A DNA stretch of 63,310 nt, counting the filler, from Phoronis australis (taxonomy: Eukaryota > Animalia > Phoronida), in assembly GCA_002633005.1 (NCBI GenBank). It is 4 parts of 4 records of this genome, joined end to end, with 100 filler letters (N's around TTAATTAATTAA, not from the genome) between each part and the next. Parts side by side here need not be neighbours in the genome. Positions count along the whole stretch, not along the records: positions 39,634 to 55,084 come from NMRA01001534.1; positions 55,185 to 63,310 come from NMRA01001933.1; 2 more parts are not named here. The stretch is one strand, 5' to 3'. A program made the translations under genes and the position numbers. Every line of letters begins with the position of its first letter. The stretch's first letter is position 1. The notes beneath the pieces are model-generated. The model had not been told where the DNA came from and made no database searches. It saw nothing but the letters and a program-made list of their open reading frames with translations. Of this stretch, positions 50,201-62,790 are shown in pieces.

Positions 50201-53200
50201 GGTTAGGAGCACTCGACCCGTTTGCAGAAGATGCCAAACAGAGGTCATGATTTCCCCGAACACGGAATTCCCTGTACACACAGCATTTTTCTTGTCTCAC
50301 TTGGGTCTCAAGCAAAGCAAACTTTACGTCAAGAAATTGTCCAATAGTGCATTTGGCATTTAATGTGATAATCGCATATTTTGTTATTGGTTAAAAAGGT
50401 ACGATTCCAAGGTTCTAGTGATAATTCAAGTATAAACCATTTAATGGATGTCAATTATCACAAAATCGTTTCTGATTGAAAGTGGCAGAGACATTGAAAA
50501 CTCGTAAAAATATGTTTTAAACACTTCCAGACAAAAGTACCTTCTTTGAACTTCTATCACCGAGTTATCCACATACATGTACCTTAGCGAGGAAATTCCA
50601 GGAAAAACACACAATTCACGGTTTTTGAAAGAAGTGCGGACAAAAAAGTTTGTGTTAACCACAGAGTAATTTCAATCTCACTCCCTCTTATGATAAATGC
50701 ACGTATGCGCTTAAAGTGGTTTGACAAACAACTGATTCAATGGCAAGATATAGGCTAATACAGTGTTGTGGAGTAAATACTTTGCCACTATGCTTTGTGC
50801 TCTACTTTGCGAGGTGATAGAGAAAATGATTGTGTTCTGTTAAGGTCGCGTACTCGGTAATGTCTAACTTGAATCTGTCAAGGAGCAATCAGCTTATTGT
50901 GCTCTGTGCACTTCTTGGTTTACTTTTCGGTTATTATGCCTGGACATTACTGTATTATACATATACAATTTGCTTTGTGGCTGTATCTGTGATCACTCCT
51001 GATTGAACCATTACTGGAGGTTGATTACTTTGGGTTTGAAGCTGTGTAATAGTTACCAAAGACCATCGTGAACTTATATTTGTAAAAAGAACACTCCTCC
51101 TGCCATTCTGAACAACCACTAATCAGGTCTCGTCAATATCTTTGTTTTAACAATAATACACTGGCATTACTTGTGTCACTTATGCAGAGGAGTTGCTATT
51201 CTAAATCTCAACGTTACCAGCTGGTTATTCTTGCATTGTCTGACTAGCTAAATACATGTAGCATTATACATGTTTACTTGAGAGTAGTCAAAATACGTGC
51301 TTCAGTTACTGCACCATTGACTAATTTGATAAAACTGCAATCGGTTTGCATAATGTTCCAGAAATATCTTGAGCAAAACTATATCATGCGCAGTAGATGT
51401 GCACTTTGGCTGTATGGAAATTCTAGGTTATTCTGACAGTGTCTAGTAAGCAATCTAAGACAAATACATGATCAAAGTATAGCGCTATGACTGAATCACC
51501 GAATGAAATTCACAAATAACACTTTCCCCTGTTCTCAAATTGTGACGTGGACACCGGCCACCAACGTATTTTTCCTGTTCGCAAACGATTCGCTCACGTG
51601 TCAGCGTGTACGAACTTCAGGTTCATTTGGTGTTTTACGTTTTTCAAGTCTCATTGATTTGCTTGAGAAATCTTGGGCAATCATGTTAAGCCAGTGGGAC
51701 GAAGCAGCTATATTCCGAATAAAACGTTTGTGACTCCTCCTGATCTTTTCAATCTATACTGCACATCCCATCATTGTTTGTCATAATGCTTCTGGAAGGT
51801 TCTTCAGATTCTGGTTAGCACAATTTAGCGCCATTTCATAGTCTCACTCAATGGGACCTGCAACAAAATTATTCAGCACAACAATACGACCTGGGTCTCT
51901 GATTGGTCAATTTGATAGAAAAGCTCCAGCAAGTAGCAGAAATATTTCTTGCAACAAAACCCACATTTTTAAACATGTGCAAGAGTAGACGAGCTAAGTT
52001 TCCGTGTTGTGTAGCTAGCGACGAAGAAAAAAATGAGGTTTGCCCCTCCAGTGGACTCACAACCATGAATGCTACGAACTCCTGCCACCGCCTAAAATGG
52101 TAGTAAATACTCACCAAAGATGCGAATTAAATAGTCAGGATTTGTGATACACTTTTGAATAAGTCATATCATTTGGCCACACATAATTTCAAATGAATTC
52201 ACTTACACAAAAGTGCTACATGTATGCGTGCAATCTACAGTGTTATCCGGTTGAGGTCATGATTTGAAATAGCCTGCCTGTGTGTTTTCTTCCATAGACC
52301 CACAAATTGCACGCATTAGGGTAGTTCTTCTTGTCAACTCAAAGTGAAACCTGTATCAACATGTAGAGTTAAAGACCGGATGAGGTGCATGCAAAATCTG
52401 GGAATCAAGCGACACCCACCTTGCCCGTTACAGTTGATTAAATGGAAAACAATCTAATAAACGTCATTTTCTTGCGTAATTCTCCGCCTTTTCTAACAAA
52501 GAAAAGTCATGTAGTCGTATTTAAAACAATACGCTCGTGAGACGCGAGCGCGCCATTTCCTAAATTTTGCGACATCTCTCGGGAGATGATGATAGCTTGG
52601 CAGCAACAAAAAGTCTGCTGAAATTCGGTTTCTCGGTATCAAAATTCTAAAAAGCTATAATGAAATGAAGCCAGTTCCGAAAATTTGTTGTGACGTGTAC
52701 GCAACCTCGTGAAAGAACAACAGTTAATTGAAAAATCGGGGAAAAAAGAAACTTGCCAATACACTGTAGGTGACGCAATATTTCATGGCGCCGAAACCCG
52801 TCGCTAAAAAGCGGTCCACAACTTTAGCACCAGAATAGCAGTACAACGTCAAACTTTCCAACACCGTTAAATAATTGAGTATACTCAAGGAAGAAAGCAG
52901 TTTTTCAAGACTCTAGTTTTGTGCCAGATTTTGTCATTCCACTTTTTTACCCACATCGACGCAAAGCTGTAAATTTAGTGTACAGCTTGCGCTAAGGCTA
53001 CTTTGAAATTGCTTTCTTTGGTTATCGTTATGTTTCAACTTTGAATATCAACACGGGATTCCAAGATCGTGGAAATCTTAGCCTCTGCTTGGCATCACCT
53101 TGATATAGGCCTAGTGATCCTAAACTTCAATGTGAACTAATACTTAATGTCGTGAACAAGAGTTCCATCGCCACTGTAAACTACAGTATTGGCAAATTAG

Positions 53201-54810
53201 ACACTGGATTACCTCTTTGTGTAAGACGTACATGTACTTTGAACGTAACGAAAGGTATGTGCGATGAAGACTCTTGGCAAGACATCGGTGCCTATTTTCA
53301 TAGTCTTGTAATCCACTTCATTCAAATTGTCTTTTGCGTGGGAAATAATGTTATAAAAAGCATATGCGTATGTGGTGACACGGCACAAACAATGATGTGA
53401 AAGAAAAAAAAAAGAGCGCGATTACTTTCTGTTGTCATGTGCCAAGTCACTCACTGCGTCTGTAGGAACGAGCAAGAGTTTGTAAGATTTTTATCTTTTT
53501 TATTGATTGCATTTGTCAGTTTCAATAACTTTTTAAGATCGCACAACTTGATCACCATAGAATCGAAGAGTTTTTACGAAAAAAAAATCGCTAATGGAAA
53601 AGGCACTTTCAAAACTTCTTTACGATTCTGTAGAAAGTCACGAGATTTGTCTTGGACATAGATAGGCTGTGAGCCTAGTTTTTTAGGATTTCTAGAAATT
53701 ACTTTACATTAATACTTGAGGGGGGAGAATTTACTTTGGTTTTGGTATTTTTTAATTCGTTTGCTTTTTTGTTTTTAAAATCTAAAAACGTCCGCATATA
53801 AATTTGTTTAGATTTTTATAGCTGTGGGTTTGAAGTTACGTAATAGTTATCAAAGACCTTAGTGAACTTATATTTGTAAGAAGAACGTAAATGAAATAAC
53901 AAGAATGGCAGTTGATCCATTCTTGTTGTTTGGTTTTATTTACCTATGTATATTCTGCATTTCGTGAAATAATAGTATCCTTGAGAGGATCTGGATCGCC
54001 TTATTCAGTTTCAGATTTATTTTCTATGTTAAGGAGAACACACTTGCTAACTTTTTAGTAAATCAAGTAATCAGATCTCATCAAAATGATTGTATTTAAC
54101 AATAACACAGGGTTGTGCGAACTTTTCGGTCTAACAAAGCTCAAATCACTGTGGCACCGAGATACATGTATGTTTTGACGGTAGTCTTTATACAGCCAGC
54201 TCTCAAAGTAAAATGATGTTGCGGGTAAGATGAGTGTCGACTAGCTGACACTCAAATTTTCATAGCCTTGGCGCTAAGATGTTTACTAAATATACAGCTT
54301 AATGCCGATGTTGGTAAAAATGGCGAAATAAAATCTGACACAAATTCAGTGTCATTGAAATCTACATTTCACCTTGACTACACTAAATTTTTACCGAAGT
54401 TGGAAAATTGGCGTTCTACCGTTATTCTGCCACTAAAGTGGTGGAACGAACTTACGGGTCGGCTTTCGGTGCCATGAGCTATATCGCCACGTATTTACCA
54501 AGTTTTTTTCGCCTAGTGTTCGCGACAACTGTTCTACTTCTAAGAGTTTGCGTACATATCTTAACAAATAATCGGAACCAGTTTTATTTCGTTACAAGTT
54601 TTTGGTTTTTTAATAACGACAATTCAATTTTCAAACAATTTTTTCTACTGCGAAACTTCCATCATCTCCCGCGAGATGTCTTGCAAAACTTTAGGAAATG
54701 GCGCGAGCGCTTGTCACAGGTACTGTTTTCAAAAGGACGATCGCATTTTCTTTGGCACAAAATGTGGAGAATTATATAAGATAATGACGTTGATTAGATT
54801 GTTTTTCACT
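46250..54810. mobile_element. Cluster of diverged copies of one long repeat family in opposite orientations
   Basis: Reverse-complement similarity by eye: about 46940-47460 vs 51600-52000; 48900-49410 vs 51030-51520; 49290-50300 vs 53040-54110; 52430-52990 vs 54270-54810. Further fragments at about 18250-18860 and 56400-56480. Confidence 0.8.
48260..48600 (+). pseudogene. Decayed large-transposase remnant (Academ-like)
   Basis: QAAAQSGDLNVQLKLKDKDFVALEAQHYRSWY resembles D(L)VAxEAxYHxxCY; later FLHFCLVFVE...VICL and TRNLKKRLLK.YPQLQF across frameshifts. Confidence 0.5.
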
Positions 54811-54859
54811 CAAACGGTAGTCAGTAAACCAACCCTTAAACAGGGACGAAAGTCCACCT

Positions 54860-55084
54860 TACTTTAAACACTTGATGGAACTGCGCTCAACCGTCATCTT
54901 CAGCTGGTCTCCTACTGTCCTTAATGGTTTCGTCCCTAAACCAAGACCATCTCTAGTAGGCGGGACAACAGAGTTGATCAGGCTCTGCCTGATGGTTGTT
55001 GATGGTATTGCTGTTGGTGCTTCGTCCATATCCAACAAGATGCCTGTTCAGCTTCGGTGGCCACATCGCGTAGAAGAACCTTCT
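54860..55084 (-). mobile_element. 3' end of an RLE-type (HERO-like) non-LTR retrotransposon, cut by the gap
   Basis: KVLLRDVATEAEQASCWIWTKHQQ...GRA* (stop at 54978-80) resembles the AExASxWxWxK C-terminal motif; the 3' UTR contains GACGAAACC...CTGAAGATG. Confidence 0.6.
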
Positions 55085-57426
55085 NNNNNNNNNNNNNNNN
55101 NNNNNNNNNNNNNNNNNNNNNNNNNNNNTTAATTAATTAANNNNNNNNNNNNNNNNNNNNNNNNNNNNNNNNNNNNNNNNNNNNACAACCCTGTGGTAAG
55201 AGTCTACTGCTCTGCTAGTAAATTTTAAGTCACCCATTTCTAGATTACAGCATGGTATTTGTGGTATGTTATATGTTGGATGGGTTAATGGAAGTCAAAT
55301 GTCTTCCAACAGTGGCAGTCATTCTAGTAAAAATTCAGAGCAAAACTCTGGTAACCATAAATCAAAACTGATGCCATGTTGAAACAGCAGTTTTTAAGAA
55401 AAAAATTTGAACTAATTAAATAAGTCTCATAATTAATTTATTGGGCAAGTTTAAATGAAGTATTGAACTCAAAAAATAAGCACAGTGTCTTAATTTATAT
55501 CTCATTAATCTCCTTTTCATGCTATGAACAGTCCCACTAAATAAGATTGGTTCTAACCCCGCTCGTCAAGGTAAACGGTGGGGTATGAAAAATTGAACTA
55601 GACCGTATTTATCCACCTTGGCTGAGTAACGCTCAGCTCACAATCAAAGGGATGCCGCCAAGCTGCTCTATTCATCGAGTCACGAGCGAGGATAATTGGC
55701 TTCGCTCATGCGGATATGATCAGCTAATTACAATCTAGCTAGCAGATTGTACTTTTTATGGAGAGAGTTACAAGTAGTTTTTACTGTAATATTTGAAAAG
55801 AGGAGCGAAAACAAATATGAGTACAACTTTGAATTTTTCAAATCGGCCCAGGATAAGAGATTTTGCAACACAGCAACACTCACGATTACTTTCAATTGGC
55901 GCGCACGAAAACAAAAATAAAGGACCCAAATTATTTAGATTTTGGAACACATGCATTGCAATATTCAAAATACGTTTATTATGAATCTTACAAGCTGTAA
56001 AACGGCGTTGTTTAATTTCATTGTTCTCATTCATTGTCATCCGTCAAATCGGCAATTTCCGAGATGTGATCTGCGGTGTGCGCGTATGTGTACAAAACAC
56101 GTGATTGATATGTTCCTGAAGTATGAAAATTAAGGAAATTTAGCATGCCGTTATTATTGACAGGGACACGATAAAACGAATTTGGATTTTGACTATAGTC
56201 TTGATACAGCGAACTGGCTGACCACTGCCTCAGTGTCTCCATTAGACCCAGAAATTTCACACAGCCCGGGTAGTTCACTTCGTCCCCAACATGTAGATCG
56301 AGCCTTGGACTATTAATACTCCACGGTAGAGTTACGTCTGTGGGCCTGTGCACACAAAACCTGTGAGTTAACCAGCACTCACCTTGCACGTTGCAGCCGT
56401 TTAAATGAAAAAACAATCTAGTAAACGCCATTTTCCTGCATAATCCTCCGCCTTTTGTTACAAAAAAGTCTATCGTCGGTGATCCACACACGCACACTCC
56501 GGCACTCACTCTCATACGCAGACGAACTTCAAAACAAACGTCACGTGACAACAACATGTGTGTTCATCCAAAGATTTTTCTCGTGTTGTGGGGAACGATG
56601 TAGCGCAGATTTGCACTTAATAGCAATTAATCTAGACTCCACTTGAACTTTAAAAATTGTAAAACATAAAGAAGATTTCAGGTAATTTGTTGAGTCGAAA
56701 CTATGTTTTTATTCAAGAGTTCAAGTTTTCCTATTGACGATGGCGATTCAGCGACGCATCAGTCGGCAAGTTTTTGCCCTGTGATGAGCACAATTTTTTG
56801 AAAAATTATCGTAATTTAACAACGGAAGTTCATAGCAATGCACCACAATTTTGCAGAAAGACTGTCATACATTTAGGCTAAAAATACATCACAGAGCGTA
56901 AATTTTATGAATCCTAGCTTCCGATTTTACCCGTTTGGGAAACCGGCTTTCAACTGCCATAGGCTACAATAAGAATCCCATCCCCGTGAAATGAATTTTT
57001 CTAAGCGTTTATTAGAGCCAATACAGTATACAGCTTTCCACCAAGGCAAGGTGATGCTACAAAATTATTCTTTGTTGCATTAGAAACTGTTCTTGGCTAA
57101 TTATCATTTTATGGCCTGGTCATCCATTCAGCTAAAAGTAGTTATAGAGGTGACTTATCAGCCAATTATTCACGCATGCTGACTCACAATAGAAGCCTGA
57201 TAAGAGTGAAGTTGGATAAATGCTGCGTTCCTACAGTTTCTTGTGCTGGTGGATGTGTTCACGACAGGTATTTATGGACTGTTTACACTCCACCATTTTT
57301 CATGTTTTTCACAAAAAATCAACAGATATTTTTTCAGTCTGCATTTCCATGACTTATTCTAATTTACAACCAGATTACACTACCCATATTATTTTCATTT
57401 TCATTTCTCTGAATACATCTACTCAC

Positions 57427-57658
57427 ATTTTTATTGCTTCAACAGAATTTTTGTCGTTTTCTTTCAAGAATTCATCGAACATGGCTGCATCCTCCTCTAG
57501 ATATTGTTCCGCCAGTTCCAATTTCCTCTCCTCAGCTGCAGCAATCTCCTCCAATTTCCTCATTTCATCACGTTTCACACCAAGTGAATATTGAACAAGG
57601 AACATCTCACGTTTCTTGGATATGTAGTCGGCAAGTGACTCTTTTTCAACATTGCGAT
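57427..57658 (-). CDS. CFAP100: CFAP100 (CCDC37/CCDC38 family) coding exon, start of the coiled-coil domain
   Basis: (D)RNVEKESLADYISKKREMFLVQYSLGVKRDEMRKLEEIAAAEERKLELAEQYLEEDAAMFDEFLKENDKNSVEAIK, matching the family motifs REMFLxQY and LEEDAxxFDEFLxEND. Acceptor tttttcag, donor gtgagt; 232 nt, phase 1 to 2. Confidence 0.9.
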
Positions 57659-58952
57659 CTGAAAAACTTCTATGCCTTAAGCTCTAATTGAAGACAAAAT
57701 ATCAATTTAAACAATGAATTGGGGGGAATCCTATTTTGAGACAAGCTACACAGCCCAGGGTTGGAACTGAAACCATTTAATTTGGAAAGTGACCATCAAA
57801 ACTTTTAAAAAGGATGTTCTGAGTCATTCTTACAAGGATAACGGCTACAACAGCAATTTTCAAACTTTAGGAAACCGGACAAACTCAAATTTTGACTAAA
57901 TTTTGAGAAACAAAAACACTGTTTAATGTCCATTTCAGGGATGCGTAAATTCCACTTAAATTTCATCAAAATCTTTTAAAAGATTTTACACCTACTCATA
58001 TCAATTCTTCCTTATTTATCAATGTACTCTGACAAAATGGAATTTAAAATTGAACCATGTCAAAATCTTAGCAACAGTGCCTATGGTATCACACAGGCAC
58101 CTCCTCCACTACAGCATCAGGGGAAAGATTCATGTGGCTTCTGGAAGGGCAATATTTCGGATAAAGGAAAACATCCCCCAATCCCATGTAGTCCCCCCCC
58201 CTCCCATTGGTCACAAGCAACAGCACTCCTGCCTCTCAGTATGCCTCAGGGGCTCTGCCTACAGTAGCCAAAGCTAGGACTGTGTGCTGTTACCAGAGNN
58301 NNNNNNNNNNNNNNNNNNNNNNNNNNNNNNNNNNNNNNNNNNNNNNNNNNNNNNNNNNNNNNNNNNNNNNNNNNNNNNNNNNNNNNNNNNNNNNNNNNNN
58401 NNNNNNNNNNNNNNNNNNNNNNNNNNNNNNNNNNNNNNNNNNNNNNNNNNNNNNNNNNNNNNNNNNNNNNNNNNNNNNNNNNNNNNNNNNNNNNNNNNNN
58501 NNNNNNNNNNNNNNNNNNNNNNNNNNNNNNNNNNNNNNNNNNNNNNNNNNNNNNNNNNNNNNNNNNNNNNNNNNNNNNNNNNNNNNNNNNNNNNNNNNNN
58601 NNNNNNNNNNNNNNNNNNNNNNNNNNNNNNNNNNNNNNNNNNNNNNNNNNNNNNNNNNNNNNNNNNNNNNNNNNNNNNNNNNNNNNNNNNNNNNNNNNNN
58701 NNNNNNNNNNNNNNNNNNNNNNNNNNNNNNNNNNNNNNNNNNNNNNNNNNNNNNNNNNNNNNNNNNNNNNNNNNNNNNNNNNNNNNNNNNNNNNNNNNNN
58801 NNNNNNNNNNNNNNNNNNNNNGTCCATTCATAAAATGACAAATGGCCAGTCTGTTTTAAGAAATTGCAGTAAAAATGACGTGAAGTGTGCCATATCTGGT
58901 TACCAAAGATTGTTTGTCAGATATTCTTTATTCTGAGGTTGCGATCACTCAC

Positions 58953-59044
58953 CTGTTTCTTCCGCTGTCTCTCTTTGTCACGTAGCATGAAAATGTCATT
59001 CTCGGGTGGCATCGTAAAAGGGTTACCACGGGATGTAAACTCAT
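58953..59044 (-). CDS. CFAP100: CFAP100 coding exon
   Basis: (D)EFTSRGNPFTMPPENDIFMLRDKERQRKKQ, matching the N-terminal NPF...D.F.LRD.ER motif of the family. Acceptor ttccag, donor CAG|gtgagt; 92 nt, phase 1 to 0. An intervening phase 0-to-1 exon is probably hidden in the gap at 58299-58821. Confidence 0.85.
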
Positions 59045-59741
59045 CTGGAATGGAACAAAATGATACATAGTATCAAACTAATGCCACAAGTCATCATATT
59101 AAATAAACTTCCTGAACTGTCTAGCAATCTAAAAAATAGACATGAGGTTGACATGCCCTTAGCAATATCTTATCGACAAGAAAGTTTCGGTTTGAGAAGA
59201 ACTGATAAATTTTAACTTGGCAATGACTTTAATTTAAATGGGTACTAGTATTCTCTTAACTACATGTGGATATTGCAGGGGTTAAAAATTAACAAAAGCT
59301 ATTATAACATGTCCTGAAAAGAAAAAAAATAGGACACTGAATTTGTACTTCAATATGTTTGCCAATTGAAAATAAATGTTAAACATGCAAACTAGCTTGG
59401 ACCAAGGAAAACATTTATGCACTGAGAGCATTATGGCTGTTAGCAGGACAAAGAAGGTTAACTGTCCTGATGGAGGGGTGGAAAACTGTGGTAACAAAAT
59501 CGTAGCATCAGAGAATGGGTGAAAGCGTTTGGTGGCCAGAGCAGGCAACTAAAACTATCGGTTTATCCAGTCTTGTTATTATTTAAGGAAACAAAGATTT
59601 TTAATACAGGACATATGGTGATAGATTTTGTGAGTATGGATAAAGATTTTTTTTCTCCGTGTTGAACAGCACTTGCCTGTATTACAATTTCCAGGAGTTA
59701 AAACCAGGAAAAGCCAGAGACACTGGATTGAAGGAACTCAC

Positions 59742-59825
59742 CCGAGTGCACAGACACCTTGTCTGGTGACTTGACAGAATTGGGAAATGTTACACGACCG
59801 GACTGTCTTGACTGAGTCATCTCTC
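59742..59825 (-). CDS. CFAP100: Probable CFAP100 N-terminal coding exon
   Basis: Acceptor ttcttcag, donor G|gtgagt; 84 nt, phase 1 to 1; open frame (G)EMTQSRQSGRVTFPNSVKSPDKVSVHS, phase-compatible with both neighbouring exons. Confidence 0.72.
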
Positions 59826-60326
59826 CTGAAGAATTCAAAGGTAGGGTTACTCCTCAGTCACTAAGTAAAAATAACACCACACTTAAGTCAACAAGCATAA
59901 AGGACTGCGATTTTTCCACAACAGTACGATTCTACATAGTAATACCATTGACAATAATGTTGTAATAGTTCAAGAATTTGGAAACTCCATATAAAATTTG
60001 TTGACAGATGAAATAATACAGACAGCATGTCTTAACACTGCCAAATGAAAAAGCTAATACTGATTAAACATGCCACTATCTCAGGACTTAATTCTTATGT
60101 TATACAATTTTAAAACTTTCTTTGAACTTTTAGAGCTGTGTAAATAAAACTCCAAGTTAAGACACAGATTGTTCATTGAGATTTTGAATTGCTAAAGACT
60201 GAACTGTGTAAAGTCTTAGTACATGTAACAAAACTGGAATCTATTTGAGCTGAGACTCTCTGTTTTAAAAATTCGAGACTGTCCACTTGAGTCTGCATGG
60301 ATGTTAATCTAGGTACATAAACGTAC

Positions 60327-60399
60327 CTCCTTTGTTTGATCCAGCTGAGAATGCAGGAGATGCAGCATTGGACCGTGGCGAAGCGGCTGTGACACTCAT
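60327..60399 (-). CDS. CFAP100: Probable first coding exon of CFAP100 (exon 60327-60413, ATG at 60399)
   Basis: Acceptor ttcttctccaattgcag, start context GCCAACATG, peptide MSVTAASPRSNAASPAFSAGSNKG, donor GAG|gtacgt in phase 1, matching the next exon. Confidence 0.7.
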
Positions 60400-61363
60400 G
60401 TTGGCTCTAGAAACTGCAATTGGAGAAGAAAGGCAAATCAAGGGCTAACACAAAGAAGTAAAAGGACTTGATTTCGTAACACTAGGCTTGAAAGAACTGA
60501 TGAGCAATTATGTTAGCATGTTCTCAAGCCTAACAGTCAGTTCTTCCCTGCAGCAGAAACCAAGGTACTTCTTTATAAATAACATAAGTCTGTTTAATTG
60601 ACTGCTAAAGGTGGATTCTGCTGTCAATTTACTAAAACAAATACGCTAACTCACAGCATAGTCTTCAAATTTTCTAGTAGGCATTTCTCTATACTAGTAA
60701 TTGTCTTGGAAGTTGTCCAAGGTGTTTTCAAAAAATTTTGGGCATTTTTAGTTTTTATGCCTGAGAAGTAGCATTTTCCAGGGATTTCACATGACCAGCG
60801 GGACATATGGCAAACACCATTCATGGCAAGGGTACAATGCATTGAAGTAGAGCTTCCGCTCGGTCTTGGTATGGGGGGCACATCTCATAGGCCAGAATTC
60901 AAGTACATGTGCTCTGCACAACTGCAACGGACACCTGTGTGAAGCAGCTAGTTTCATCCAACACTCTAGCTGGGACAGTAGTACACTACGAGCACGGTTC
61001 ATAAAAAATTGTACTCACTGACTTTGCATGCCAATTTCAAAAGTCCAGTGAGTGCGGGCAACAATCATGATTTACACCAGGTTGCAAAATTCTGAGCCAA
61101 TCGGGGACTAGTTTAAGCCCAGAATACAGTAACGTGTAACTGTTCATAGATCTAATAGTCATATCTGAACCCCAGGAGAGGTCTAAAGAAGCAAGTACAA
61201 AACAACCGTTCAACTCAGCTGACCAGCAAAGCTGGAAGTCTTGGCATAGACATCAAACCGGAGACACTTTTGAAGAAAACACCAAGCAAGGATATGTTTC
61301 ACTCTGAAGTGTAACTTATCTGTTTTGATGAAATAAACAGATTAACACTACGCAAAAACTTAC

Positions 61364-61465
61364 TAATCGCGAATATGATGTACTAACTCTACCACTATTG
61401 ATCTATGCGGAATTCTGCGTCCGCCATATGTAAACCTTTGATAACGAGGCTGCTATTGGCAACAA
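61364..61465 (-). promoter_or_regulatory. Candidate CFAP100 promoter and non-coding first exon
   Basis: RFX X-box-like GCTGCTATTGGCAAC (61449-61463), YY1-like CATATGGCGG just downstream on minus, and a gtaagt donor at 61363. Confidence 0.35.
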
Positions 61466-62475
61466 AAAACATACCAGTTTGTTCTTTATAGAAATGTACA
61501 GAAGTGCCAATTTTCTACACTTTTTCTTGCATATGGCTTCAATATTTTTATACACAGCCTTATACCACAGATACTTAAAATTTTAGTATATTCAAAAACC
61601 GTGTGGTATTTTCATTCTCAAAAGATATCGCTGCACGACAAACAAATGTACAGCGGAAACAATCTCACACTCCGTGCAGCGCCATCTGCCAGTGTGCTGG
61701 CTAAGATATTCACTTCAGTTCGCGCACTCAGTGAGTTCTAGTTGGATAAAAGCGTTTAGAAACCCACGCCTTCCATACAAAAAAACACGAATTTTTGCTG
61801 AAGCCACCCCCAGTTATGAAATTGGTCGCAGATTTTTCAAGAAACCCAGGTTTCGAAAGAATTCAGAGCAAGTTCGCCTGCTCCCCAACTTCAAGGCCGG
61901 GTGCCACTCCCTATGCCGGCGGCTGCCATCCAAGTAAAATTCACTGGCTAAAAGTCCCATATGTCAGCATTCAATTACGTGTGGGTAGGACAATTTCTAC
62001 AGTGACGCAACCTCAACTACCACATCGGATTTACTACTTAGCAAACAAGCAAGCTAAAGCGGGAAGAAGGCGTGCTCACGACTCAGCGGGCCCGCCGGCA
62101 GCCGAAGGCATGGGCCTGACTAGTGCACTCACCCAATGAGATTCCTCAAAACTTTGTCGTCATGTTCAAAAAAACTTATGTTATTCGCACATTAAAAATT
62201 ACCGGCAAAGTAATCAAAATTGTTCCGAACGCTTAACGCTCTCCAAAGTACAAAAAGTGAATGTTCTGATCGTGGAAATAGCCGGGCAAGTGGACGTGAA
62301 GTCCTGGCTTTTCTACATCGATGTACGCTTTGCATTTCCCCACCTTTGTTTGCAATGGTGATGTAGAAGGGACTGATGGGGTCCAGAAAATTGGAGAATG
62401 GTGTGCAAATGTGCTTTTTGGGGCGCCCAAAACACTTTTGGGAGCCTCATGTTGTGCCGAAAATGATGGTTCTTC

Positions 62476-62680
62476 AGTGGCGGATCTAGGATATCACAAG
62501 GGGGGGCCAACATTTTGTCGACTGTAAGCATTTGCGCAAACTGAACTACGATTGTAGATGCGCGTAGCACCGAATGGGGGGGTGGTCGGGAGAGGGATTT
62601 GCCCCCCCCCCTCCCGCTCAGGATTTTTTCTGTTTTTAACTCTAAAAATCAAGCATTTTCCTTGATTCCTGAAGTATTAT
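62476..62680 (+). mobile_element. 5' fragment of the same MITE family as 3351-3636
   Basis: cagtggcggatctaggatatcacaagggggggccaacattttgtc closely matches 3351-3395. Confidence 0.7.
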
Positions 62681-62727
62681 TCAAGAAAAAAAAACACGGA
62701 GAACGTGTCAAACAGGAAAACTGAACG

Positions 62728-62790
62728 CACCAAAGACTTGAACTCACGAACTGGCGGTTAGAAAGCGCGTGCGTTACCACAACACCACCA
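62728..62790 (-). mobile_element. tRNA-derived SINE head / tRNA pseudogene fragment (Arg-TCT-like loop)
   Basis: Minus strand: A-box-like TGGTGTTGTGG, loop TTTCTAA, B-box-like GAGTTCAAGTC. Acceptor and anticodon stems pair poorly, so not a functional tRNA. Confidence 0.55.

Noticed and set aside
54842-54937. 10-bp inverted repeat AGGGACGAAA / TTTCGTCCCT near the retrotransposon 3' end
   Set aside because: Too short to distinguish from chance or an insertion-site microhomology.
56027-56557. 176-aa minus-strand ORF
   Set aside because: No recognisable domain, non-ATG start, and it overlaps a fragment of the interspersed repeat family.
58207-58841. Long ORFs of 183-208 aa in several frames
   Set aside because: They read through the N-gap.
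62728-62790. Functional tRNA-Arg
   Set aside because: The stems do not pair into a cloverleaf; treated as a SINE head or pseudogene.
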